Position numbers and translations under genes: made by a program
Shown here: positions 44,300 through 53,733 of the stretch, piece by piece
Position numbering within the stretch: position 1 is the stretch's first letter
How the letters are laid out: each line of letters opens with the position of its first letter
Source: Planctomycetota bacterium
Lineage (GTDB): Bacteria; Planctomycetota; SZUA-567; H5-PLA8
DNA: 64,000 nt
Assembly: GCA_045863855.1 (NCBI GenBank)
Contig: BTVV01000009.1
Location: 1 to 64,000 of the forward strand
Direction: 5' to 3'
Notes under the pieces: generated by a model
Database searches by the model: none
What the model was told of the DNA's origin: nothing
Seen by the model: only the letters and a program-made list of their open reading frames with translations

Positions 44300-46129
44300 A
44301 TGGACCGCCGTAGTACGGCTGGGAAAAGCGCCGGGAAACCGGGCGCATGGAGCGTTGTTTTCCGCATGGGCAGCCTCGTGCCTAATCGCATGCACGTCGT
44401 CGCGTGGCTGCTGGCCCTCGGCCTGAGCGGGCTGAGCGTCGCGCACGGCGTGGAGGACGAGCGGCGCAAGCCCAAAGAGCCCGAGAAGCCCGCTGCTCCG
44501 GACGTGGAAATCAAAAAGCCGGAACCCGAACAGACCGAAGCCGAGAAGAATAAGGACGCCGAGAAGACCCTCGTCGAAGCGCTGATCGGGCTTCGTCTCG
44601 TGGGCCGCACCGAAGACGTGATTCCCAAAGACGCGAAAGTTTCGGGCATCGATACCTCCAGCGTGCCGATGCTGGAGTCCGATGAGTTGCACGAAAAGCT
44701 TTCGGAATTTGTGGGCAAGCCGATCTCGCTGAAGGCGATTCGCGGCATGGCGAGGGAAGTGATTCTCCATTGCCGGGCGCACGACCGGCCCTTCGTCAAT
44801 ATCTCGGTCCCCGAACAGGACATCACGGGCGGCGTGGTGCAGCTCCTGGTGGTGGAAGCGAAGGTGGGCGAAGTGCGCGTGGAAGGGAACCGCTTCTGGC
44901 GCACTGCCCAATACCGCAATGGAGTCACCCTTCAGCCCGGCGATTCGGTGAGCGAGCAGAAGCTGATCGAGGAGTTGAACTATTTCAACGAAAACGCCTT
45001 CCGCCAGGTAAAGCCGATCTTCAAGCCGGGCAAAGAGCCGAATACGACGGATTTGGTCCTAAAAGCCGAGGAGCGCTTTCCGGTGCGCTTCTACGGAGGC
45101 TACGAAGATACGGGAACGCAGAGCACCGGCTTGGATCGAATGCTGGTTGGATTCAACTGGGGCAATGCGTTCATGCACGGCCACGAGATCGGATACCAGT
45201 TCGCGGCGGACATCGACGTGGAGCGGCTCCTGAGCCACAGCGGGTACTGGCGCATTCCGCTTCCGAATAAGCACTCGCTGGCGTTTTCGGGCGGCTATTC
45301 GACCATTCAGGCGCCCCTCAATGCGGACATCGATAACGGCGGGTTCAACTGGCAGGCCAGTATGCGCTACATCGCGCCGTTGCCCAAACTGGGGCGCTAC
45401 CGGCATGAAGTGCAGATTGGATTCGATTTCAAGCAGACGAACAACAATCTGGACTTCGGCGGTGAAGCGATCTTCGATTCGACCATCGATATCGCGCAGT
45501 TCGCGCTTCAGTACAGTGGAAGCTATCCGGATGCTTGGGGCCGCACGAGTTTTTCGGTGGGCGGCTACGCGAGCCCCGGGCACTTGACGAGCCGGAACAC
45601 ATCGCACGAGTATAACGTCGCGCGGCCAGGCACCGATCCTCAGTACGCATACGGCGAGTTGAGTTTCGAACGAGCGTGGCGATTGCCGAAAGAAATCCTC
45701 CTGGTGCAGCGCTTTCATGGGCAACTGGCGACGGGACGCATGCAGAGTACGGAACAGTATTTGGCAGGCGGATACAACTCGGTGCGTGGATACGACGATC
45801 GCTTGGTCTCCGGCGATCAGGGCTTCGTGGCAAACGTGGAACTGCGCTCGCCGAATTTTCTCCTGGGTACCGTGAACGGAGATCCGCAGTACGAGAACCG
45901 CCTGCAGTTCATTGCCTTTTACGATTTTGGCCGCGTGCATAACCACGGGCGTTTGATTGGCGAAGCGAAGCGGACGGATCTGGAAAGCGTCGGCGCGGGT
46001 TTGCGTTACCGCCTCGGCAACCACGTGAACGTTCGGTTCGATTACGGCCGGCAACTCAGGCGGATCGACGGCAATACCGAAGGCGGCGACCACGGACGCG
46101 TGCACTTGGGCGTGGTAGTCAGCTATTGA
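44300..46129 (+). CDS. TpsB: ShlB/FhaC/HecB family outer-membrane transporter
   Basis: POTRA motifs (VPEQDITGGVVQLLVVE, VRVEGN); VRGY loop-6 motif; C-terminal aromatic (VVVSY). Start may be 44366 or 44390. Confidence 0.93.
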   Translation: MDRRSTAGKSAGKPGAWSVVFRMGSLVPNRMHVVAWLLALGLSGLSVAHGVEDERRKPKEPEKPAAPDVEIKKPEPEQTEAEKNKDAEKTLVEALIGLRLVGRTEDVIPKDAKVSGIDTSSVPMLESDELHEKLSEFVGKPISLKAIRGMAREVILHCRAHDRPFVNISVPEQDITGGVVQLLVVEAKVGEVRVEGNRFWRTAQYRNGVTLQPGDSVSEQKLIEELNYFNENAFRQVKPIFKPGKEPNTTDLVLKAEERFPVRFYGGYEDTGTQSTGLDRMLVGFNWGNAFMHGHEIGYQFAADIDVERLLSHSGYWRIPLPNKHSLAFSGGYSTIQAPLNADIDNGGFNWQASMRYIAPLPKLGRYRHEVQIGFDFKQTNNNLDFGGEAIFDSTIDIAQFALQYSGSYPDAWGRTSFSVGGYASPGHLTSRNTSHEYNVARPGTDPQYAYGELSFERAWRLPKEILLVQRFHGQLATGRMQSTEQYLAGGYNSVRGYDDRLVSGDQGFVANVELRSPNFLLGTVNGDPQYENRLQFIAFYDFGRVHNHGRLIGEAKRTDLESVGAGLRYRLGNHVNVRFDYGRQLRRIDGNTEGGDHGRVHLGVVVSY

Positions 46130-46220
46130 TTCCGTTGACGGCCTTGAATTTCGGTCGCTTTCGAAAGAGACTGTAAAGAGGTTTGGCCGCGCGTCACGCA
46201 AGGCGTCAGGAGTTGGTTTC

Positions 46221-47876
46221 ATGACGTCCCCACCTGCCGGCTCTAATGACATCGCAGGCAAGACGCTGAAGCCGGGCATGGCCACCATTCGCGTGCTGGC
46301 TGAGATCCAACTGGAGCGCGGCCAGCCGCTTTCGGCGGACGACTTACAAGCCATCCCCATTTTCGAAGGAATTCCGCTGGCGCAGCTTGCTCGGCTGCCG
46401 GGCTCGGTGGTGCGGCGGCAATTCAAAGCGGGCGAAGTAATCTGCCGCGAAGGCGAGTACGGGTCGACCGCGTTTTACATGCTAGACGGCCAAGTGGAGG
46501 TCTCGCTGCAGTCGCCGCTGGCGCACGTGGCGAGCCGGAAGGCGGAAACCAAGCGCGGCGGATTCTTCGGCCTGCTTCGGGATTTTACGCACCGGCTGGC
46601 CAGCGGGAAGGAAGACCCGCGGCCCCACGCGGCGAACGAGCAGCGTTATATTCCCATCGACGGATCGGTCGACCTGCCCATGAACAAGCCCATCGCGACG
46701 ATGGCCGCGGGCGACCTGTTCGGCGAGATGACGTGCCTCAATTTCAATCCGCGTTCGGCGACGGTCAAGGCATTGAGCGATTGCACGACGCTGGAGATGC
46801 TGCGCAATGTCCTGCAGGTGTTGCAGAAGAACCCCAAGTTCAAGCAGAGGCTGGAACGCAACTACCGGGATCGCGCACTGGGCCAGCATTTGCGTAGCGT
46901 CCCGATTCTGGCGGGTCTTGAAGACAAGTTCATTGACCAGTTGCGCGAGCGCGTGGAGTTGGTCTCGTACGAGCCGGGCAAGGTGATCTGCAAGCAGGAT
47001 GAGCCGGCCGATGCGTTCTACCTGATTCGAGTCGGCTGCGTGAAGGTAAGCCAGGAGCATCCCGGCGGTGAACTGGTGCTGGCGTACTTGAGCCGCGGCG
47101 AATTCTTCGGAGAGATGGGACTGTTGCAGGGCGGAAAGCGCAACGCGACGGTCTCCGCGCTGGACCACGTGGAGCTGGTCCGCATCCGTATGGCAGACTT
47201 TCGATTTATGCTGAGCTGGTACGACGACCTAAAGGAGAAGTTCGAGCAGGTGTACGAACAGCGCTCGAAGTCGATGCAGCGCGCGCAGCAGGTGGCCTCC
47301 CGTATTCCGCTGAACGATTTTCTCTCGCAAGGCCTGATGCAGGCGCAGAGTCTGCTCCTGCTGGACTTGGAACGCTGCACGCGCTGCGACGAATGCGTGC
47401 GCGCATGCGCGGACAGCCACGACGGCGTTACGCGGCTGGTGCGGGAGGGCCTGCGCTTCGATAAGTTTCTGGTCGCGACCTCGTGCCGAAGCTGCCTCGA
47501 CCCCGTTTGCATGATTGGCTGCCCGGTAGGTAGCATCCGCCGCAAGGAAAACCTGGAAGTGGTGATCGAAGATTGGTGCATCGGCTGCGAGAAGTGCGTG
47601 CAGCAGTGCCCCTATGGAAATATCGCCATCCATGAGTTTCCGGCCAAGGCCGGGGCCGCGCCGGAGGGTGGGGCGCAGGACGAGAGTGCCGAAGCGCCGG
47701 CGGCAGAGGTAAAGAAAGCCGCCATGGAAAAGAAGGCGGTGACGTGCGATCTGTGCACCGACCTTCGCGAGCCCAGTTGCGTGTATGCGTGTCCGCACGA
47801 CGCCGCGCATCGCGTGGACGCCAAGCGCTTCTTCGAAACGGGCTTGGCGAAGAAATCCAAAGTTTCGCCGCCTTGA
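46221..47876 (+). CDS. Two cyclic-nucleotide-binding domains fused to a DmsB/NrfC-type four-cluster 4Fe-4S ferredoxin domain
   Basis: GDLFGEM...PRSATV and GEFFGEM...KRNATV; CTRCDECVRAC, CRSCLDPVCMIGCP, CIGCEKCVQQCP, CDLC....EPSCVYACP. Confidence 0.9.
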   Translation: MTSPPAGSNDIAGKTLKPGMATIRVLAEIQLERGQPLSADDLQAIPIFEGIPLAQLARLPGSVVRRQFKAGEVICREGEYGSTAFYMLDGQVEVSLQSPLAHVASRKAETKRGGFFGLLRDFTHRLASGKEDPRPHAANEQRYIPIDGSVDLPMNKPIATMAAGDLFGEMTCLNFNPRSATVKALSDCTTLEMLRNVLQVLQKNPKFKQRLERNYRDRALGQHLRSVPILAGLEDKFIDQLRERVELVSYEPGKVICKQDEPADAFYLIRVGCVKVSQEHPGGELVLAYLSRGEFFGEMGLLQGGKRNATVSALDHVELVRIRMADFRFMLSWYDDLKEKFEQVYEQRSKSMQRAQQVASRIPLNDFLSQGLMQAQSLLLLDLERCTRCDECVRACADSHDGVTRLVREGLRFDKFLVATSCRSCLDPVCMIGCPVGSIRRKENLEVVIEDWCIGCEKCVQQCPYGNIAIHEFPAKAGAAPEGGAQDESAEAPAAEVKKAAMEKKAVTCDLCTDLREPSCVYACPHDAAHRVDAKRFFETGLAKKSKVSPP

Positions 47877-47914
47877 CCGTACCCGCCGCGCGGATAAGGA
47901 CGAGCCGGTCCGCA

Positions 47915-49093
47915 TCAAGCTCTACGTAACGCTTCGACGACCTTAAGCCGCGACGCATGGAGAGCCGGCAAGAAGCCTCCGATAAATCCCATCGCCAGCG
48001 CCAGGAAGGACGCGATCAGCAAGATGTTGGGCGTGACCGTAAACTCGAAAGCGGTCTCGCTGAAGGTGGCCCAATTGGTCGTACCGGTTTTCATGCCGTC
48101 GAAAATCATGCTCGCCGCGCAGCCGATGACCGCCCCGATGCTCGCCAAGCACAGCGACTCGACGATAAAAGCCACCCACAAGGACTCGGGCGAAAATCCC
48201 ATACTCAGCATGCAGCCGATCTCGCGCTTCCGCTGAGCTACGGCCGCGTACATCGTGTTCATCGCGCCGACCACGCCGCCGATGGCCATGATGAACGTAA
48301 GAATGCCGCCCAAGATCGTGATCACGCTGGCCATCAGCTCCGACTGCTTGCGGTAATACTCTTTTTCGTTCAACGCCTGCACCGATTGCAGCCGCGGATC
48401 GTCCGCGATCGTCTGTTCCAAAGTGTTGCGGGCCGCTTCGGGGTCCCCATTGGCGCGGAAGATTGCGGACTGGTACACGTCCTTGCGGTTGAAGGTGCTG
48501 ACGAAGATCGTCCCGTCCATCCATATTTCGCTCTCGAAGGAGTTCCCGTCCGCTTCGAAGATGCCCACGATCTCGAAGCGGTGCCGTCCGGAGACAAACT
48601 CGCCGCCGATGCCGAAGCCTTCCAGACGGCGAGCCAGCGCCGCACCCACGACCACCTGATTGGTGCCCCAGGCGATCCAGCGCCCTTCGCGCATTCTGAC
48701 TTCCTCGTGGACATCCAAAGATCGTGGCGATGCGCCGCGCAGGTTGATGTAGCTGTCCCCGCTGCCGTCTTTGCGCGGAAGATTGATCAGCGTCAGGCAT
48801 TCCAGACTGAAAACTTTCGCGCCATCTGGGCCAGTGGCCACGATTGGCATTTCCTCGATGATGCGGGCGACTTCGCGCCGTACCTGGCTCTGCATTTCCG
48901 CGTCGGCCCCTTTGCGCAGCACGATTACATTCCGGGGACTCCCCGATGTCGCCACCGCGCGCCGGAAACCCTCGGCAAGCGCCAAGAGCACCACGAACAC
49001 CACCACGACCAGTGCGATCCCGAATACCGCCATGGCCGATGAGCCTTTGCGAATGGCGATGCTGCGGTAGCTGTACGTAAGCGGGATCGCCAT
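47915..49093 (-). CDS. ABC transporter permease (MacB/FtsX family)
   Basis: TM - periplasmic domain - 3 TM; QRKREIG...MGFS; C-terminal EALRR. Confidence 0.92.
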   Translation of the reverse strand: MAIPLTYSYRSIAIRKGSSAMAVFGIALVVVVFVVLLALAEGFRRAVATSGSPRNVIVLRKGADAEMQSQVRREVARIIEEMPIVATGPDGAKVFSLECLTLINLPRKDGSGDSYINLRGASPRSLDVHEEVRMREGRWIAWGTNQVVVGAALARRLEGFGIGGEFVSGRHRFEIVGIFEADGNSFESEIWMDGTIFVSTFNRKDVYQSAIFRANGDPEAARNTLEQTIADDPRLQSVQALNEKEYYRKQSELMASVITILGGILTFIMAIGGVVGAMNTMYAAVAQRKREIGCMLSMGFSPESLWVAFIVESLCLASIGAVIGCAASMIFDGMKTGTTNWATFSETAFEFTVTPNILLIASFLALAMGFIGGFLPALHASRLKVVEALRRA

Positions 49094-49095
49094 GG

Positions 49096-50268
49096 CTAAA
49101 CGCTGCGCAGCGCCTCCGTGGCTTTCATGCGCATGCCCACCACCGCGGGCACGATGCCGCTCAGCACGCCGGTCAGGACCGCGATGCCCAGCGCACCCAG
49201 CAGTGAAGCCGGCGGCATGTGGAAAATCGGAAAGAAGTCCGGCTTGGGATTCACTTCGGCCACATTGAACATCCCGAAGGCTCCGCCCGCGCCTAGGACA
49301 AAGCCCAGTCCGGCAATCACCATGGATTCGCCGATCAGCAGGCGGAATACGAAGCCGTCCGTAAATCCGATCGACTTTAGGATGCCCATCTCGCGTGTCT
49401 GATCGCGCGCGCTCATCATCATCGTGTTGGCAGCCACCAGCAGCATGGTAAGCACGATCGCCGACCCGATGGAGCGCAGCAATAGTTGCAGATTGCCCAT
49501 CATCGCGACGAACTGCATGTTGAACGCTTTCTCGGTCACGGTCTTTGTCTCGAACGGGCTGTTCGCAAAGCGGCGGTCGATGGAAGTCGCGATGTCCTGA
49601 AATCGTGCCGGATCGTCCATGCTCATCAGGAAAATTCCGACTTGTCCTTTGCCGAACTCGCGGCCTTCGTCGAAGTACTTGTAATGGAAGAGCATCATGG
49701 TTCGATCGAAGGTCGGGCTGTTCGAGGTGTAGATGGCGCGTACGTTAAAAGCCCAGGGCTTGTTTCCGGGCTGGTTCCAGATGGTGCTGCGCAGGACGAT
49801 CCGGTCGCCTACCTTGATGTGCAGCCGCTCGGCCGTCTTGTCGCCTACGACGCAGCCGGCTTGATCGTTGAGCAGCGCTCGAAGCTCGTCCTGATCCGCA
49901 ATGATGACTTCCGGCACGATATCCAGGTAGTCCTTCAATTCGACCGCGAACTGGGCGAAGAATTCCTCCCGCGCGTCCTCTTGCGTATCTTTTGGCGTAT
50001 AAAGTCCGCCGAACCAGACCATCGGCGCGACGCCGCTCACGCCCTCGCATTGCTCGATATTGCTGCGGTAGGCGATCGGGATCGTAAATGCCAGCGATTC
50101 CTTGTGCTGTACCACCAAACGAGAGGCGCTGGACATCGAGACGCCCACGTTGAAGGCGTATAGCACCGACTCCAGAAAACAGTACAAAAACAGCGCGAGC
50201 GCGATGCTGACCACGGTAAGCAAGGTTCGCAGCGGTTTGCGGAGCAGGGATTTGAGCAGAAGATTCAT
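49096..50268 (-). CDS. ABC transporter permease (MacB/FtsX family)
   Basis: RKPLRTLLT; TREMGILKSIGF; C-terminal EALRSV. Confidence 0.92.
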   Translation of the reverse strand: MNLLLKSLLRKPLRTLLTVVSIALALFLYCFLESVLYAFNVGVSMSSASRLVVQHKESLAFTIPIAYRSNIEQCEGVSGVAPMVWFGGLYTPKDTQEDAREEFFAQFAVELKDYLDIVPEVIIADQDELRALLNDQAGCVVGDKTAERLHIKVGDRIVLRSTIWNQPGNKPWAFNVRAIYTSNSPTFDRTMMLFHYKYFDEGREFGKGQVGIFLMSMDDPARFQDIATSIDRRFANSPFETKTVTEKAFNMQFVAMMGNLQLLLRSIGSAIVLTMLLVAANTMMMSARDQTREMGILKSIGFTDGFVFRLLIGESMVIAGLGFVLGAGGAFGMFNVAEVNPKPDFFPIFHMPPASLLGALGIAVLTGVLSGIVPAVVGMRMKATEALRSV

Positions 50269-50284
50269 GCGAATGGGCCGGCTC

Positions 50285-51007
50285 TCATGCCTTTGGCGCC
50301 GTCGCGGAGTCCAGGGCCAGTACCCCTTTCTCCAAGTGCAACTGCCGCCGCGCGCATTGCGAAACCTTGGGATCGTGGGTCACCACGATGATCGTTTTTC
50401 CGTGATCGCGGTTTAAGGAGAGGAGCAGATCCATCACCTCCTGCGCCGAATGAGCATCCAGATCCCCGGTGGGTTCGTCGGCAAGCAGCAATTCCGGGTC
50501 GCACGCCAACGCCCGGGCGATGGCCACGCGCTGTTCCTGCCCGCCGGAAAGCTCGTCGGGCCGGTGATGCATGCGCTCGGCCAAACCGACGATCCGTAGT
50601 GCCGTTTCCACGTGCTTTTTGCGCTCGGCTTTCGTCAGCGGCAACAGCGTCAGCGGAAGTTCCACATTCTGGAAGGCCGTCAGTACCGGCAGCAGATTGA
50701 AGGATTGAAAGATGTACGAGACATGCCGCGAGCGCCATTGCGCCAGTTGGCGCGGCGAAAGTTCTCCCAAATCCTGCCCGCACACGATCAGGGTGCCGTC
50801 CGAAGGGCTGTCGAGGCCCCCAATCAGATTGAGGAGCGTCGTTTTTCCCGATCCCGACGGCCCCATCAAGGCGACGAAGTCGCCTTCCGCGATATCGAGG
50901 CTGACGCGATCCAGCGGCAGAATCAGTTCGCCGCCCTTGCGGTAGAAGCGCGTGCACTCGCGAAGCTGGATGATGGGATTGGGCATGGGCTGTGCCTGGT
51001 GGTCCAA
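50285..51007 (-). CDS. ABC transporter ATP-binding protein (LolD/MacB-like)
   Basis: [29 protein letters not shown]. Confidence 0.95.
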   Translation of the reverse strand: MDHQAQPMPNPIIQLRECTRFYRKGGELILPLDRVSLDIAEGDFVALMGPSGSGKTTLLNLIGGLDSPSDGTLIVCGQDLGELSPRQLAQWRSRHVSYIFQSFNLLPVLTAFQNVELPLTLLPLTKAERKKHVETALRIVGLAERMHHRPDELSGGQEQRVAIARALACDPELLLADEPTGDLDAHSAQEVMDLLLSLNRDHGKTIIVVTHDPKVSQCARRQLHLEKGVLALDSATAPKA

Positions 51008-51018
51008 AGCTGCGTTGG

Positions 51019-52479
51019 CTATTTTTCAGGAACGACGACTTTCGCGCCGTCCCGATTCAGACCTTCGGCGCCGGAAACAACCACCGTTTCACCCGGCGCC
51101 ACGCCCTCGGTAATCTCGATCCAGTCGCCCGCCCGCGTACCCGATTTCACGGGACGGCGGAAAGCGATGCCGTCTTTAACGACCCAGACCGTCTGCCCGT
51201 TATCTTGGAGCGCACCGAAAGGGATCGCGCATTTCAGCGGTGCTTCACCGGTGTCGGCCCCGGGCGGCGCATCGTCCGGAAGAAACTTCACTCGGATGCC
51301 CATGTCGGGCAAGATGCGTTCGGCCACGAAAACGCTTTTCCCTTCCTTATTGGGCAGGAAGTCCACCCGCACCTGAACCGTCGCCTTGCTGCGGTCCGCG
51401 CGTGGCAGGATGCGCTGCAACTTGCCCGCGAAGGTCTTGCCCGGCATGGCATCGACGTTGATCGCCGCGCGCTGTCCGGGCATCACGCGGCCTAAGTACG
51501 TCTCGGCCACGTCCACCTCGGCCTGCAAGGACGCCCAATCTGCGACGGTCACGATCGATCCGCGCGCCATCTGTCCGCCCACGCTGACGGGCGCGATAAT
51601 CTCGCCCAATTCCGCCGCCTTTTCGGTTACGACGCCATCGAATGGCGCACGAATGAAGTATTCCACCAACTGCGATTCAAGTACCGCGAGGCTGGCTTCG
51701 GCGGTTGCGACGTTGGTTTGCGCCACCGCGACCGACTGCTTGGCCACCTCCGCTTGCTTCTGGCGCACGCTGACGAGCTGCTCCGAAGCTTCCCGCCGCC
51801 GCGCGATGGTCTTCATCTTCGCTTCGGCCATGCGCACTTCGGTCAGCCGGTCGTCCACTTCCGAGAATCCCATGGCCTCGGCCTGAGCGAGCTTCGTGTC
51901 GCGCTCCAGCCGGCGCTGCGCGTCATCCCACATCACTTTCATTTCGGCGACTTCGGCATCGAAGGTGGCCAAAAGCACTTTTGCGGAAACAATCTCCGCT
52001 TCGGCTTGTTCGTGCGCCGAACGCAGGCGTTCCACTTCCGCCTTTCTCCCGGCGATCTCGGCTTTGAGCTGGGCGATCTGTGCATCCAACTCATGGTGCT
52101 CGATCTCGGCGATGATCTCACCTTGCTTGACCTCCTGCGCTTCCTTGACGTTCAGCTTCGAGAGCCGGCCTACGAATTTGGCCGCAAGGACCGCTTTTCG
52201 ATCCGCCACAACATATCCTGCGGCGGTCAGTTCGGTATCTTGAGCGCCCCCTTGAGCCAATTGGTTCAAGGTCAGCACTTTAACCGCCGACGCCGTCTTC
52301 ACTTCCACGCCGCGCATGCTGCGCTGCAGGGCCGGGGCCACGACCGCCAGAATCAGGAAGATGCCGCCCACAACGAACGGCCACAGCGGCAAGCCCTTGC
52401 GTTTGCCGCTGCGGTCGATCTTCAGTTCCGCCAACTCGTCCGTGGCGCGAACGGGATGCGTCCCGGTGTCTACCTTCAT
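51019..52479 (-). CDS. Efflux periplasmic adaptor (membrane fusion protein) with long alpha-hairpin
   Basis: N-terminal TM; AAGYVV; IRAPFDGVV; EVDVAE; long coiled coil. Confidence 0.9.
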   Translation of the reverse strand: MKVDTGTHPVRATDELAELKIDRSGKRKGLPLWPFVVGGIFLILAVVAPALQRSMRGVEVKTASAVKVLTLNQLAQGGAQDTELTAAGYVVADRKAVLAAKFVGRLSKLNVKEAQEVKQGEIIAEIEHHELDAQIAQLKAEIAGRKAEVERLRSAHEQAEAEIVSAKVLLATFDAEVAEMKVMWDDAQRRLERDTKLAQAEAMGFSEVDDRLTEVRMAEAKMKTIARRREASEQLVSVRQKQAEVAKQSVAVAQTNVATAEASLAVLESQLVEYFIRAPFDGVVTEKAAELGEIIAPVSVGGQMARGSIVTVADWASLQAEVDVAETYLGRVMPGQRAAINVDAMPGKTFAGKLQRILPRADRSKATVQVRVDFLPNKEGKSVFVAERILPDMGIRVKFLPDDAPPGADTGEAPLKCAIPFGALQDNGQTVWVVKDGIAFRRPVKSGTRAGDWIEITEGVAPGETVVVSGAEGLNRDGAKVVVPEK

Positions 52480-52587
52480 GCCATGCTCCGTATCGAGGGT
52501 GCCCGCAAACCGCCAATTACAATCGCCGAGGTCGAGTAATTCAAAGGATGATTCCAGATGGGCTCGCCGCGATGTACGCGAGTTGGC

Positions 52588-52615
52588 GCAAGCGGCAAGT
52601 GATGTTATGTTATAG
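52588..52615 (+). other. Candidate dif-like (XerC/D) site
   Basis: GCAAGCGGCAA-GTGATG-TTATGTTATAG. The right arm matches E. coli XerD arm TTATGTTAAAT at 9/11; the left arm is weak. Intergenic and within the GC-skew transition. Confidence 0.3.
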
Positions 52616-52617
52616 TA

Positions 52618-53730
52618 ATGCGGTGCAAACTTCTATTACTGGTCTCTGTGTGGACGGTCTGCGCCGCAAGTTGGGGCGCAGAAACGCAAGCGGCCTCGTC
52701 CGAGTTGCCGCTCGGCGTATGGACGAAATTCCACGAACAGCGCGCCGGCGAAGGCGTAACGTTTAGACGCCAACCGCACGGCGGGAGTTGCTTCGACACT
52801 CGGCGCGGGCTCCTCGTGCTTTTCGGCAGTGACACGCACGGGAAAGACTGGACCAACAGTCCGCTCTGTTTCGATCCGCTCACTCGAACGTGGACCCGAG
52901 AATATCCCGACGATGCGTTTGAGACCTACCGCGTGACCGAAGCGGGCGCGCCGGTCTGCGGCCCCGATGGTGCGCACCCATGGGCGAGCCACACCTTCGG
53001 CGCGGTCGTTTACGATTCGCATCGCGGCGAGATGACGGTCGCGTGTTTCGACACACACCTGGAGCCCGGCCGGTTCACCTCGGTATTCAAGGATCTCTGG
53101 CCGCAAATCAAGCTTCAGCCCACATGGTTCTTCAGCAGCGAAACGAAAGCCTGGTCCATGCTGCCCAAGGGGGTCAGTTTTTTTCCTCATTGCGCCTGTT
53201 GGGATAGCGACCGCAACGCGGTGCTGGGGTATCGAGCGGACGGCTTCTACGAACTTTCCGGCGAGCCGCGTGCTTGGAAAAAAGTCGCACCCGCCGTGCC
53301 GCCGCTTACGGGTTGGCACACCAACGCGGCGTACGACGCCAAGCAGAAGGCTATGCTGGTCTTCGGGCACCACCAGAATTCGAACGAGATCGTGGCATTT
53401 TTCCCGGCGAAGGCCGAAGCGCGCTTGATGCCCACCCCGGGCGCGCGACCGCCCAAGGACCAGCATAATCCCATGGAGTTTCACCCCGGAATCGGGAAAA
53501 CCGTGGTGCTGATCGACAAGACGATTAAGAAAGACGGCGCCGAAAAGGATACGACCGAGACGTGGCTTTACGATCTTGGCGCCGACGCGTGGACGCAAGT
53601 CGAATCGGCGACGCTCCCCTTTGCTTGCGGGATGAACTACAACCTCGAATACGCGCCCAACCTCGGCGCGCTCTTGCTCGTCACGAGCAATCCGGCGACG
53701 ACGGTCTGGGCGCTGAAGCTCGCCGAGTGA
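52618..53730 (+). CDS. Secreted Kelch-like beta-propeller protein
   Basis: Signal peptide; FD.RRG.LVLFG, FDPLTRTW, YDAKQKAMLVFG, TWLYDLGADAW repeats. Confidence 0.75.
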   Translation: MRCKLLLLVSVWTVCAASWGAETQAASSELPLGVWTKFHEQRAGEGVTFRRQPHGGSCFDTRRGLLVLFGSDTHGKDWTNSPLCFDPLTRTWTREYPDDAFETYRVTEAGAPVCGPDGAHPWASHTFGAVVYDSHRGEMTVACFDTHLEPGRFTSVFKDLWPQIKLQPTWFFSSETKAWSMLPKGVSFFPHCACWDSDRNAVLGYRADGFYELSGEPRAWKKVAPAVPPLTGWHTNAAYDAKQKAMLVFGHHQNSNEIVAFFPAKAEARLMPTPGARPPKDQHNPMEFHPGIGKTVVLIDKTIKKDGAEKDTTETWLYDLGADAWTQVESATLPFACGMNYNLEYAPNLGALLLVTSNPATTVWALKLAE

Positions 53731-53733
53731 AGG

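Noticed and set aside
29387..46129. Classical CDI (cdiBAI) toxin locus
   Set aside because: No VENN/ELYN-type delimiter, no recognisable toxin domain and no small immunity ORF after tpsA.
47915..52479. ABC system as a TagS/TagT-like partner of the kinase-FGE protein
   Set aside because: It is on the opposite strand in its own operon and includes a membrane fusion protein, which fits an ordinary MacAB-type exporter; only proximity supports a link.
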